Source: Lachnospiraceae bacterium
GTDB lineage: Bacteria > Bacillota > Clostridia > Lachnospirales > Lachnospiraceae
Assembly (NCBI GenBank): GCA_017396555.1
Contig: JAFQLS010000057.1
Location: forward strand, 28,531 to 92,530
Length of the DNA: 64,000 nt
Direction of reading: 5' to 3'
Part shown: positions 53,338-63,149 of the stretch, piece by piece
Numbering within the stretch: the stretch's first letter is position 1
Layout: each line of letters begins with the position of its first letter
Position numbers and translations under genes: made by a program
Notes under the pieces: generated by a model
Told to the model about the DNA's origin: nothing
The model's database searches: none
What the model saw: only the letters and a program-made list of their open reading frames with translations

Positions 53338-55341
53338 ATGCAAGATGCACAAAAATGTTTCAAATTACATTCTGAATACAAGCCTACAGGCGACCAGCCG
53401 CAGGCCATCGAAGCTCTTGTAAAAGGCTTCCAGGAAGGCAATCAATGCCAGACTCTACTAGGGGTTACGGGGTCAGGTAAGACATTCACGATGGCTAATG
53501 TTATTAAAGCGCTTAATAAGCCAACGCTTGTTTTGGCTCATAATAAGACACTTGCAGCACAGCTCTACGGAGAATTCAAGGAGTTTTTTCCGGAGAATGC
53601 GGTGGAGTATTTTGTATCCTATTATGATTATTATCAGCCGGAGGCGTATGTACCCTCTACGGATACTTATATAGAGAAGGATTCTTCGATTAATGATGAG
53701 ATTGATAAGCTTAGACATTCGGCTACAGCAGCCCTTACGGAGAGAAGTGATGTTATAATAATATCAAGTGTGTCCTGTATATATGGTCTTGGTAGTCCTA
53801 TTGACTATCAAAATATGGTGTTAAGTGTAAGACCGGGAATGATTAAAGACAGAGAAGAAGTAATTAAGAGACTGGTGGATATACAATATACGAGAAATGA
53901 TATGGATTTTAAACGAGGAACATTCAGGGTTAGAGGTGACGTAGTCGAGATTTTCCCGGTAGCTTCTAATGAAAATGCTATAAGGATAGAGTTTTTTGGT
54001 GATGAGATAGACAGAATTACAGAAATAGATACCCTTACTGGTGAGATTAAATGTCGCTTGGAGCATGTGGCGATATTTCCTGCCTCGCATTATGTATTTC
54101 CAAAAGAGAAAATAGAAGAAGCATGTGTTAATATTGAAGAGGAACTTAAGGGACAGGTCGAATATTTTAAGAGTGAAGATAAGCTTTTAGAAGCGCAGAG
54201 AATTGCGGAGAGAACCAATTTTGATGTGGAGATGCTTAGAGAGACAGGATTTTGTTCGGGGATTGAGAATTATTCAAGACATTTGGCAGGAATGGAACCG
54301 GGTGAGACTCCTCATACACTTCTTGATTATTTTACAGGAGAATTTTTGCTCATTATAGATGAGTCTCATATTACTGTTCCGCAGGTCAGGGGTATGTATG
54401 CCGGTGACAGGTCAAGAAAGACTACTCTTGTGGATTATGGTTTTAGATTACCGTCAGCACTGGATAACAGACCGCTTAACTTTGAAGAATTTGAAAGCAA
54501 GTTAGACCAGGTAATGTTTGTTTCAGCGACTCCAAATGTGTATGAGGGCGAGCATGAGATGTTAAGAGTTGAGCAGATTATCAGACCAACAGGGCTTCTT
54601 GATCCGGAGATTATAGTTAAGCCGGTGGAAGGTCAGATTGATGATTTGATTACAGAGATTACAAAGGAAACTGACAAGAAGAATAAGGTGCTTGTTACTA
54701 CGCTTACTAAGAATATGGCTGAGGACTTAACAGAGTATCTTAAGGAGGTCGGAATAAGGGTAAGATATCTGCATTCTGATATTGATACACTTGAGAGAAC
54801 TGAGATAATAAGAGATATGAGATTGGATGTATTTGATGTGCTGGTTGGAATTAATTTGCTTAGAGAAGGATTGGATATTCCGGAGATTTCATTAGTTGCA
54901 ATTCTTGATGCAGATAAAGAGGGATTTCTTCGTTCGGAAACCTCACTTATACAGACTATAGGCAGAGCAGCAAGAAATAGTGAAGGTCACGTTATAATGT
55001 ATGCTGATAAGATTACTGATTCCATGAGAAATGCTATTGATGAGACTAATCGTAGACGTAAACTTCAGATGGAATATAATGAGAAGAATGGAATAACCCC
55101 TACTACTATTAAAAAGGCAGTAAGAGAGCTTATTAGTATTACTAAGGAAGCAGAGAAGAGAATTAGTGATATTGAGAAGGATCCTGAATCTATGAGCAGG
55201 GAAGAACTTGATAAATTCATTGATAAGATACAGAAACAGATGAAGAAGGCTGCGGCTGAACTGGATTTTGAGTCGGCAGCTGAGCTTAGAGATAAGATGA
55301 TGATTCTAAAGAAGGAGTGTCAGAAGAGATATGGCGAGTAA
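53338..55341 (+). CDS. uvrB: Excinuclease ABC subunit B
   Basis: [21 protein letters not shown], helicase motifs and the C-terminal UVR domain. ATG 53338 follows GGAGGTGG; the track start is 53323. Confidence 0.95.
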   Translation: MQDAQKCFKLHSEYKPTGDQPQAIEALVKGFQEGNQCQTLLGVTGSGKTFTMANVIKALNKPTLVLAHNKTLAAQLYGEFKEFFPENAVEYFVSYYDYYQPEAYVPSTDTYIEKDSSINDEIDKLRHSATAALTERSDVIIISSVSCIYGLGSPIDYQNMVLSVRPGMIKDREEVIKRLVDIQYTRNDMDFKRGTFRVRGDVVEIFPVASNENAIRIEFFGDEIDRITEIDTLTGEIKCRLEHVAIFPASHYVFPKEKIEEACVNIEEELKGQVEYFKSEDKLLEAQRIAERTNFDVEMLRETGFCSGIENYSRHLAGMEPGETPHTLLDYFTGEFLLIIDESHITVPQVRGMYAGDRSRKTTLVDYGFRLPSALDNRPLNFEEFESKLDQVMFVSATPNVYEGEHEMLRVEQIIRPTGLLDPEIIVKPVEGQIDDLITEITKETDKKNKVLVTTLTKNMAEDLTEYLKEVGIRVRYLHSDIDTLERTEIIRDMRLDVFDVLVGINLLREGLDIPEISLVAILDADKEGFLRSETSLIQTIGRAARNSEGHVIMYADKITDSMRNAIDETNRRRKLQMEYNEKNGITPTTIKKAVRELISITKEAEKRISDIEKDPESMSREELDKFIDKIQKQMKKAAAELDFESAAELRDKMMILKKECQKRYGE

Positions 55342-58171
55342 TAAAAATTCACAATATATAAGAATTAAAGGAGCAAGTGAGCATAATCTAAAAGGGATTG
55401 ACCTAGAGATACCAAGAGAAAAATTTGTTGTTATGACAGGGCTTAGTGGTTCGGGTAAATCATCCTTGGCATTTGACACTATTTATGCGGAAGGACAGAG
55501 AAGATATATGGAATCACTGTCTTCGTATGCCAGACAGTTTTTGGGACAGATGGAAAAGCCTAATGTTGAGAAGATTGAAGGCTTATCGCCTGCTATTTCT
55601 ATTGACCAGAAATCAACTAACAGGAATCCGCGTTCAACTGTTGGTACTGTTACTGAGGTGTATGATTATCTTAGATTATTGTATGCAAGAATTGGTGTGC
55701 CTCATTGTCCTAAATGTGGTAAGGAAATTAAGAAACAGACTGTAGACCAGATGGTAGATCAGATTATGGAATTGCCGGATAGGACAAAGATTCAGCTGCT
55801 TGCACCTATAGTCAGAGGTCGAAAAGGTGAGCATAGCAAGGTTCTTGAACATGCTAAGAAGAGTGGTTATGTAAGAGTAAGAATAGATGGTAATATGTAT
55901 GAACTATCTGAGGATATTAAGCTTGAAAAGAATAACAAGCATAATATAGAGATTGTTGTTGACCGTTTGGCAATAAAGGAAGGGATTGAGAAGAGGCTGG
56001 CGGACTCTATCGAAACGGTTATGCATTTGTCAGAGGGGCTTATGATTATTGATGTTATTGATGGTGAACCAATTAATTTCAGTCAGAGCTTTGCCTGTCC
56101 TGATTGTGGAATTAGTATAGAGGAGATTGAACCAAGAAGTTTTTCATTTAATAATCCTTTTGGAGCCTGTCCTATATGTTCGGGACTTGGATATAAGATG
56201 GAGTTTGATGAAGAACTTATGATTCCGGATAAGTCGCTTAGTATAAATGAAGGCGCGATTGTTGTTATGGGGTGGCAGTCGGCAAATGACGGAAAGAGTT
56301 TTACTAATGCTATATTACAGGCGCTGGCTAAGGAATATAATTTTAGTCTTGATACACCAATTGAGAAATACTCAAAGGAAATAATGAATGTATTAATACA
56401 CGGAACCAATGGAAGAGAAGTAAAGGTTCATTATAAAGGACAGCGTGGGGAAGGTGTGTATGAGGTTGCTTTCGAGGGACTCATTAAGAATGTAGAGAGA
56501 AGATATAGAGAGACTGGCTCGGATATGATGAAGCAGGAATATGAGGAGTTTATGAGAATAACACCTTGTAAGGAATGCGGAGGACAGCGTCTTAAGAAAA
56601 CTTCTCTTGCTGTAACGGTAGCGGGTAAGAATATATTTGAGATTACAGATATGTCAATAAAAAATCTTCATGAGTTTCTTAAGGATATGAATATAAGTGA
56701 AAGACAACATTTGATAGGTGATCAGATACTTAAAGAAATTAAAGCAAGAATAGGATTTCTTAAGGAAGTTGGACTTGAATATTTGTCGCTTTCAAGGGCA
56801 ACATCCTCGTTATCGGGAGGAGAGACACAGAGAATAAGACTTGCGACCCAGATAGGTTCAGGACTTGTTGGTGTGGCATATATTCTTGATGAGCCTAGTA
56901 TCGGTCTTCATCAGAGAGATAATGATAAGTTGTTGGGAGCTCTTATGAAGCTTAGAGATACCGGTAATACATTGATTGTTGTTGAGCACGATAAGGATAC
57001 TATGATGGCTGCTGATTATATAGTGGATATTGGTCCCGGTGCAGGTGAACATGGTGGAGAGGTAGTTGCTGTGGGAACTGCCAAAGACATTATGAAATGC
57101 AAGAAATCAATAACCGGTGCATATCTTAGCGGCAAGAAGAAGATTCCGGTTCCTGAGATTAGAAAACAACCTTCTGGATGGCTTACTATTAAAGGAGCAA
57201 GACAGAATAATCTTAAGAATATTGATGTGGATATACCGCTGGGAGTTATGACCTGTGTTACAGGTGTATCGGGTTCGGGTAAGAGTTCATTAATTAATGA
57301 GATTTTATATAAGAAGCTTGCAAAGAAGCTTAACAGGGCAAGGCTTATACCGGGTGAGCATGATAAGATTCTTGGAATAGAACAGTTGGATAAAATTATT
57401 GACATAGACCAGTCACCAATAGGAAGAACACCACGTTCAAATCCTGCGACATATACAGGTGTATTTGATATGATAAGGGATTTGTTTGCTTCGACTACAG
57501 ATGCGCAGGCAAGAGGCTATAGCAAAGGAAGATTTAGCTTTAATGTAAAGGGTGGACGTTGCGAGGCCTGCTCAGGTGATGGGATTATTAAGATAGAGAT
57601 GCATTTTTTATCTGATGTATATGTACCTTGTGAGGTTTGTGGAGGAAAACGATACAACAGGGAAACCTTGGACGTTAAGTACAAAGGAAAAAATATTTAT
57701 GATGTGCTTAATATGACTGTTGAAGAGGCACTTGAATTTTTCAAAAATGTTCCATCTATATATCGTAAATTAAAGACGTTAAATGATGTTGGTTTATCAT
57801 ACATTAGATTAGGACAGCCTTCAACTACTTTGTCAGGTGGAGAGGCACAGCGTATTAAGCTGGCGACAGAGCTTAGTAGAAGAAGTACAGGCAAAACAAT
57901 TTATGTACTGGATGAGCCTACAACAGGTCTGCATTTTGCAGATGTTCACAAGCTTGTTGATATATTAAGGCAGTTATCAGAAGGTGGAAATACAGTAGTT
58001 GTAATAGAGCACAATTTAGATGTAATAAAGGTTGCAGATTACATCATAGATATAGGTCCTGAAGGTGGCGATGGAGGAGGAACTGTTATTGCTAAGGGAA
58101 CACCGGAAGAGGTTGCGGAAAATCCAATTTCGCATACCGGAAGGTATATAAAACAAGAGTTGGAAGTATAG
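55331..58171 (+). CDS. uvrA: Excinuclease ABC subunit A
   Basis: [14 protein letters not shown], Zn modules CPKCG/CPDCG/CEAC..CEVCGG and two ABC signatures LSGGE(T/A)QRI(R/K)LA. Overlaps the uvrB end. Confidence 0.95.
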   Translation: MASNKNSQYIRIKGASEHNLKGIDLEIPREKFVVMTGLSGSGKSSLAFDTIYAEGQRRYMESLSSYARQFLGQMEKPNVEKIEGLSPAISIDQKSTNRNPRSTVGTVTEVYDYLRLLYARIGVPHCPKCGKEIKKQTVDQMVDQIMELPDRTKIQLLAPIVRGRKGEHSKVLEHAKKSGYVRVRIDGNMYELSEDIKLEKNNKHNIEIVVDRLAIKEGIEKRLADSIETVMHLSEGLMIIDVIDGEPINFSQSFACPDCGISIEEIEPRSFSFNNPFGACPICSGLGYKMEFDEELMIPDKSLSINEGAIVVMGWQSANDGKSFTNAILQALAKEYNFSLDTPIEKYSKEIMNVLIHGTNGREVKVHYKGQRGEGVYEVAFEGLIKNVERRYRETGSDMMKQEYEEFMRITPCKECGGQRLKKTSLAVTVAGKNIFEITDMSIKNLHEFLKDMNISERQHLIGDQILKEIKARIGFLKEVGLEYLSLSRATSSLSGGETQRIRLATQIGSGLVGVAYILDEPSIGLHQRDNDKLLGALMKLRDTGNTLIVVEHDKDTMMAADYIVDIGPGAGEHGGEVVAVGTAKDIMKCKKSITGAYLSGKKKIPVPEIRKQPSGWLTIKGARQNNLKNIDVDIPLGVMTCVTGVSGSGKSSLINEILYKKLAKKLNRARLIPGEHDKILGIEQLDKIIDIDQSPIGRTPRSNPATYTGVFDMIRDLFASTTDAQARGYSKGRFSFNVKGGRCEACSGDGIIKIEMHFLSDVYVPCEVCGGKRYNRETLDVKYKGKNIYDVLNMTVEEALEFFKNVPSIYRKLKTLNDVGLSYIRLGQPSTTLSGGEAQRIKLATELSRRSTGKTIYVLDEPTTGLHFADVHKLVDILRQLSEGGNTVVVIEHNLDVIKVADYIIDIGPEGGDGGGTVIAKGTPEEVAENPISHTGRYIKQELEV

Positions 58172-58214
58172 GAGATTAGAGGAATTGTAATTTCAAAAGT
58201 ACCAAAAAAAATAC

Positions 58215-58244
58215 TTGATAAGACGTGCCCTTCTTTTGTATAAT
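58215..58244 (+). promoter_or_regulatory. Sigma-A-type promoter upstream of the AGCS symporter gene
   Basis: TTGATA (58215-58220), an 18-nt spacer, then TATAAT (58239-58244). Confidence 0.55.
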
Positions 58245-58256
58245 GAAATCTGATAT

Positions 58257-58291
58257 GTGTCGGCGATGTTTCGATATCGTCGGCACTTTTT
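58257..58291 (+). terminator. Leader terminator-like hairpin with a UUCG loop between the promoter and the AGCS start codon
   Basis: GTGTCGGCGATGT (58257-58269) pairs with ACATCGTCGGCAC-type arm ATATCGTCGGCAC (58274-58286): 13 bp including G-U pairs, loop TTCG, followed by TTTTT (58287-58291). The SD starts ~8 nt later. Confidence 0.6.
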
Positions 58292-58311
58292 AAGTAAGAG
58301 GAGAAGGTAGT

Positions 58312-60120
58312 GTGTGGAATAATATTTTAGAAAATGTTTCTAATGCAAATGATGCAGTAAATAGTGTCGTATGGGGCATACCTATGCTTATTTTGCTTCT
58401 CGGTACAGGCATATTTATGTCTATAAGAACACGATTTTTTCAGGTTGTCAGGGCAAAGTATGTTAGTAATGAGACATTTTTGGCAATATTTAAAAGAAAA
58501 TCAGTTACCAAGACTAAGGATAAAAAAGCAATTTCGCAATTTCAGGCACTTACAACGGCACTGGCAGCTACAATAGGTACGGGTAATATTGCAGGTGTTG
58601 CAACTGCGTTGGTCGTAGGTGGACCGGGAGCAGTATTCTGGATGTGGGTATCAGCTTTCTTTGGTATGATGACAAGTTTTTCGGAAAATATACTTGGTAT
58701 TTTTTATAGAAAAAAGAATGATAAGAATGAGTGGTCCGGTGGTGCTATGTACTACCTTGAAGAAGGCTTGGGCAAAAAGAAGCATATGCAGTATGTAGGA
58801 AAAGGGCTTGCTATAGCATTTGCAGGCTTCTGTGTGCTTGCGTCATTTGGAATTGGAAATATGACACAGGTTTACTCTATATCAGATGCGGTATCAAGTA
58901 ATTTTGGAATATCTCCATTTTTAACAGGAATTGCACTTGCAATTATTGCCGGGCTTATTATTATTGGTGGTATTAAGAGAATAGGAAGCGTTACAGAAAA
59001 GCTTGTGCCATTTATGGCATTTGCATACATTGGAATAACATTATTTATTTTCTTTTCAAATTGGGAGATGATACCTTATGTATTTGGAAGTATTTTCGGT
59101 AGTGCATTTAGTGTAGAAGCTGTAGGCGGAGGCATAGGCGGTTATGTAATCAAGCGAGCTATGACGATGGGCTTTAAGCGTGGAGTATTTTCAAATGAAG
59201 CAGGACTTGGCTCTGCCGTGCTTGTTAATTCATCATCTGATGTTAAGGAGCCGGTGATTCAGGGAATGTGGGGAATATTTGAAGTGTTCTTTGATACTAT
59301 AATAGTTTGTACGCTTACTGCATTTACCATATTGTCAAGCACTACAAATGTTTTACCACAGACACAGGTGTTTGAAAATGTTACGTCAGAAGAACAGATT
59401 TATGCAATTAATAAAGAAGAGGAACAGGATAGGCTGCCACTTATTGATGCAGAGTATAATGCTTTCAGAATTAAAGTTGATTCTAAGGGAGTAAGTAAGG
59501 CATATGCTCAGAAGCCTGATAAGGGTGAGTATATAGAAATTGGCTTTGAAAATGATTCGTATTATCTCGAAATGATTCCAGAGAATGAGCTGGAAGAAGG
59601 AAATTATATTTATGCTAATATAATGAAAATAAAGGGAAATACAGTTAAGGATAAACAGGGAAATGAAACTCTTGAGTCGGTTAAATTTACACAGATTAAT
59701 GGGGTTTCTGTTGTTACATATGCGCTTTCGCAGAGATTTGGAAGCGTTGCAGGTAAGCTGCTTGCAATAGCTATTATTTTGTTTGCATTTACAACGGTAC
59801 TTGGGTGGTCATTCTATGGAACAAAGGCTATAGAGTATCTGTTTGGAAATAAAGCAACTATTGTATACAAGATAATATTTGTATGTTTTGTAGTAGTTGG
59901 TTCAACGATTAATCTTGGGCTCGCATGGGAGGTTGCTGACACACTTAATGGATTAATGGCAATACCTAACCTTATTGCAGTTCTTGCATTATCAGGTACA
60001 GTTGTGAAGATAACTAAGAATTATATTCTTAGAAATATTAAGAAACCACCGGAAAATATTAAGCCGATGTTATCAGCTTATCCGGATATTCAAAAAGAGC
60101 AGGAGGATAAATTATGTTAG
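58312..60120 (+). CDS. Alanine/glycine:cation symporter (AGCS family) with an ~115-aa inserted soluble segment
   Basis: SQFQALTTALAATIGTGNIAGVATA, FWMW..AFFGM, GVFSNEAGLGS and LFAF(T/S)T.LGW.(F/Y)YG are AGCS hallmarks. At 602 aa it is longer than the ~450-480 typical of the family. GTG start follows GAGGAGAAGG. Confidence 0.85.
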   Translation: MWNNILENVSNANDAVNSVVWGIPMLILLLGTGIFMSIRTRFFQVVRAKYVSNETFLAIFKRKSVTKTKDKKAISQFQALTTALAATIGTGNIAGVATALVVGGPGAVFWMWVSAFFGMMTSFSENILGIFYRKKNDKNEWSGGAMYYLEEGLGKKKHMQYVGKGLAIAFAGFCVLASFGIGNMTQVYSISDAVSSNFGISPFLTGIALAIIAGLIIIGGIKRIGSVTEKLVPFMAFAYIGITLFIFFSNWEMIPYVFGSIFGSAFSVEAVGGGIGGYVIKRAMTMGFKRGVFSNEAGLGSAVLVNSSSDVKEPVIQGMWGIFEVFFDTIIVCTLTAFTILSSTTNVLPQTQVFENVTSEEQIYAINKEEEQDRLPLIDAEYNAFRIKVDSKGVSKAYAQKPDKGEYIEIGFENDSYYLEMIPENELEEGNYIYANIMKIKGNTVKDKQGNETLESVKFTQINGVSVVTYALSQRFGSVAGKLLAIAIILFAFTTVLGWSFYGTKAIEYLFGNKATIVYKIIFVCFVVVGSTINLGLAWEVADTLNGLMAIPNLIAVLALSGTVVKITKNYILRNIKKPPENIKPMLSAYPDIQKEQEDKLC

Positions 60121-62831
60121 AAGCTAAGAATCTGGTAAAAATTTATAAGCCAAAAAGAGGTGTACCGGTTAAGGCACTTGATAAGGTGTCATTGAAATTT
60201 CCGGATAAAGGAATGGTATTTTTACTTGGTAAGTCAGGTAGTGGTAAATCAACACTTCTTAACCTTTTAGGTGGTCTTGACAAATATAATGAAGGTGACA
60301 TTGTTATTAAAGGTGTGTCTTCTAAGGATTTCAAACAGAAGCATTTTGATTCATACCGTAATACATATGTTGGTTTTATTTTTCAGGAGTACAATGTATT
60401 AGAGGAATTTTCAGTAGGAGCTAATATTGGTCTTGCACTTGAACTTCAAGGTAAAAAGGCTACTGATGAAGAAATTAACAGAATCCTTAAGGAAGTTGAC
60501 CTTGAGGGATATGGCAATAGAAAGCCGAATGAATTATCAGGTGGTCAGAAACAGAGAGTTGCAATTGCCAGAGCACTTGTTAAGAATCCTGAAATCATTA
60601 TGGCGGATGAACCTACAGGAGCACTTGACTCGAACACGGGACGTCAGGTATTTGATACACTTAAGAAATTATCAAAAGATAAGCTTGTAATTATAGTTTC
60701 GCATGACAGAGAATTTTCAGAAAATTATGCGGATAGAATTATAGAGCTTGCAGATGGTAAAGTTATTAGTGATGTGGAATATGCAGGCGAGTTAGATGGC
60801 TCAGAGGTAGTAGAAGAGATTGAAGAACCAGCAAATTTAAAATTTGAAAATAATATTATTGAAGTGGTTGAAGGCTATCATTTAACAGAAGAAGACAGAA
60901 TAGCTATTAACCAATATATTGATGATTTGAAGAATGGAAATGTTGTAATTAAGCTTGATAGCAAACGAGTTTCTAATAAGAAATTCGTAGACACCAATCA
61001 GGATAACATTGTATCTCAGAAGAATAATGACTTTAAGCTTATTAAGTCTAAGCTTCCGTTTAAGAATGCTATTAAAATTGGCGCAAGTGGACTTAAGCAT
61101 AAGAAATTCAGACTTATAGTTACAATTATACTTTCTTGTATTTCGTTTGGTTTATTTGGTTTGTCGGATACACTTGGTTCATATGACCATGTTAAAACCT
61201 GTACTAATTCGCTTGTGGATAGCAATGTAACCTATGCATCACTTGTGAAGAGTGTCAGAACCGGTTCGGGTATAAATGAATATTATGAAACTTATGGCAA
61301 TTTGATGTCAGAGGCTGATATAGAGGAAATCGAAAAAAATATTGGAACAGAATTTACACCGGTTTACCAGCCTATAAACAGTTCGCTTGATCTTGAACAG
61401 AATATGGAATTAAACGAGGATATTAAGGAGGGGGATAAAATTATTTATTCAATGTCATTAAATGGCTTTGGAGAGATATCTGAGGAAGCTATAAATGAAT
61501 ATGGATACAAGGTACTTGCCGGTAAAATGCCTGATGGTAAGAAAAATGAATTAGCACTTAGCAAATATATGTATGATTCGTTTGTGAAATTTGGATATGT
61601 AAATAATGGTAAGAAGGAAGAAATTAAAAAGCCGGAAGATTTAGTCGGCAAGAGTATTTCTATTGCAAATGTAGAGTATGAGATTGTTGCAATAATTGAT
61701 ACTAATATGGATATTGACAGATATCTTGCGATGGTTGAGGAAGATGAGCATGTTACTACATCTGAACAGCTTGCAAATTACGCATTATTGAATGAATTTA
61801 ATTATTGTAAGGATTACAGTCTTGCAAAAATTGCGATGGTTGGAGCCGGTCATATTGATGAACTGGTTAAGAGAACTCCTGATATTTACGAGATAATAAA
61901 AGTATGGATATATGGTTATTCAGAAGAAGGAAGCTTTGACCCATATTATGTTACGGAATTAGATAGGGTTAAGGATGATGAAATCATTTGGATTGATGGT
62001 GAGAAGGATGAGTTGATGGAAAAAGAACTTATCCTTCCAAAGAGTATGCTTTATGATTCGATGGGTGAAGAATTAGACCTTAGCGATTCTGCAGTAATTA
62101 AAAAAATTAAAAACATTAATATTGAATTAGATATTTGGGATGATTCTACCCTGGAGAGTACTTACGAAGATGGCTACAAGATTGTGGGGGTTTTGACAGA
62201 TTCAGAAAAATATGCAGATACATTTGTTGTGTGCAAGGATTTATTTGAAAAATGTGTTAGCGATATTGATGGAAAATATATGTTCGCAGTAGGAAATATG
62301 CCAAGCAAAAAAGCTGATATTGAGGATATGGTTGCTTATTGTTACAGAACTGATTCAGATATCAGATATGAACTTCAGAACCCTGTGACATACGAGCTTA
62401 GTATAATAAGTATTGTTTTGAAGCTGGTATCAAAAGCCTTCTTCTATGTAGGAATATTCTTTGCTTTGTTTGCGGCACTTATGCTTGCTAACTTTATCGG
62501 AACAAGTATTTCTTACAAGAAGCAGGAAATTGGTATTCTTCGTGCGATTGGTTCGAGAAGTAATGATGTATTCAGAATATTCTTCTCGGAAAGCTTTATT
62601 ATTGCAATGATTAATTTTGTATTATCTATATCGGGAGTTTTTGTCGTGACAAATGCAATTAATCTTCTTATAAGAGAGGAACTTGGAATATTGGTAACAG
62701 TTCTTCACTGTGGTATAAGACAGGTTGTGTTACTATTTGTAGTGAGTGTGGTTGTTGCATTTGTTGCTAGCTTTTTACCGGTTAGAAAGATTGCAGCTAA
62801 GAAACCTATTGATGCCATAAGGAAAAGATAA
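60114..62831 (+). CDS. Fused ABC ATPase plus FtsX/MacB-type permease (905 aa)
   Basis: The N-terminus has GKSGSGKST, LSGGQKQRVAIARA and IMADEPTGALD. It is followed by a TM, a ~430-aa extracytoplasmic region and a C-terminal FtsX bundle (KKQEIGILRAIGS...). Overlaps the AGCS gene by 7 nt. Confidence 0.85.
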   Translation: MLEAKNLVKIYKPKRGVPVKALDKVSLKFPDKGMVFLLGKSGSGKSTLLNLLGGLDKYNEGDIVIKGVSSKDFKQKHFDSYRNTYVGFIFQEYNVLEEFSVGANIGLALELQGKKATDEEINRILKEVDLEGYGNRKPNELSGGQKQRVAIARALVKNPEIIMADEPTGALDSNTGRQVFDTLKKLSKDKLVIIVSHDREFSENYADRIIELADGKVISDVEYAGELDGSEVVEEIEEPANLKFENNIIEVVEGYHLTEEDRIAINQYIDDLKNGNVVIKLDSKRVSNKKFVDTNQDNIVSQKNNDFKLIKSKLPFKNAIKIGASGLKHKKFRLIVTIILSCISFGLFGLSDTLGSYDHVKTCTNSLVDSNVTYASLVKSVRTGSGINEYYETYGNLMSEADIEEIEKNIGTEFTPVYQPINSSLDLEQNMELNEDIKEGDKIIYSMSLNGFGEISEEAINEYGYKVLAGKMPDGKKNELALSKYMYDSFVKFGYVNNGKKEEIKKPEDLVGKSISIANVEYEIVAIIDTNMDIDRYLAMVEEDEHVTTSEQLANYALLNEFNYCKDYSLAKIAMVGAGHIDELVKRTPDIYEIIKVWIYGYSEEGSFDPYYVTELDRVKDDEIIWIDGEKDELMEKELILPKSMLYDSMGEELDLSDSAVIKKIKNINIELDIWDDSTLESTYEDGYKIVGVLTDSEKYADTFVVCKDLFEKCVSDIDGKYMFAVGNMPSKKADIEDMVAYCYRTDSDIRYELQNPVTYELSIISIVLKLVSKAFFYVGIFFALFAALMLANFIGTSISYKKQEIGILRAIGSRSNDVFRIFFSESFIIAMINFVLSISGVFVVTNAINLLIREELGILVTVLHCGIRQVVLLFVVSVVVAFVASFLPVRKIAAKKPIDAIRKR

Positions 62832-62844
62832 GAAGTTGATTTAA

Positions 62845-62962
62845 ATGATGGCAGCCACCCGGTTAATTGCATCCGGTGGACAGCCTGATGCTCTGCTTGC
62901 CCCAGAAAGAAGAAATGCGTAGGATTTGCGCCGTACACAAGGGAGCCTTCCATTCAACATCA
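62845..62962. other. GC-rich structured intergenic element (candidate ncRNA or 3' UTR structure), class unknown
   Basis: Local G+C is visibly far above the surrounding sequence. The closing helix is ATGATG (62845-62850) with CATCAT (62957-62962). Inner helices are GGCAGC/GCTTGCC and CCACCCGG/CCGGTGG. No convincing ORF. Confidence 0.3.
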
Positions 62963-62963
62963 T

Positions 62964-63006
62964 AAAAAATTGCCTGCACAGTTTCCACGAAGGGTCTGTA
63001 CAGGCA
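62964..63006 (-). terminator. Intrinsic terminator that folds best on the minus strand
   Basis: TGCCTGCACAG (62971-62981) pairs with CTGTACAGGCA (62996-63006). The central mismatch is C-A on the + strand but G-U on the - strand. A6 at 62964-62969 gives a U6 tail on the - strand. Confidence 0.55.
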
Positions 63007-63149
63007 GTTGCTATTTTGCTGAGTATTTCTCCGCTAGGGATATCACCCTTTATGGAGGGGTATATGTTGCTGATAAAGGTTGTGTTTTGAGGTATAATAG
63101 GTGTATAATACATTTGTTCCATAAAGAAAATAGAGAAGGTAGTAAAATA

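Noticed and set aside
62845-62962. Possible known riboswitch or ncRNA classes for the GC-rich element: TPP (CCTGAT...GCGTAGGA resemblance), fluoride/crcB (GATGG...TGATG), c-di-GMP-I/II (because a GGDEF gene follows), cobalamin, ZTP, SRP RNA and tmRNA.
   Set aside because: In each case only a short fragment resembles the consensus as I remember it. The obligatory elements (for example CTGAGA for TPP, the B12 box, the GEMM GGCAAACC/ACGCAAAGCC motifs) are missing. I therefore make no class call and leave it as unknown.
62705-63122. Two minus-strand ORFs (82 aa and 93 aa) spanning the intergenic region after the ABC gene.
   Set aside because: One overlaps the 3' end of the ABC gene antisense. 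The other runs straight through a stable terminator hairpin and the GC-rich folded element. Neither has an SD or a motif. The region is better treated as non-coding.
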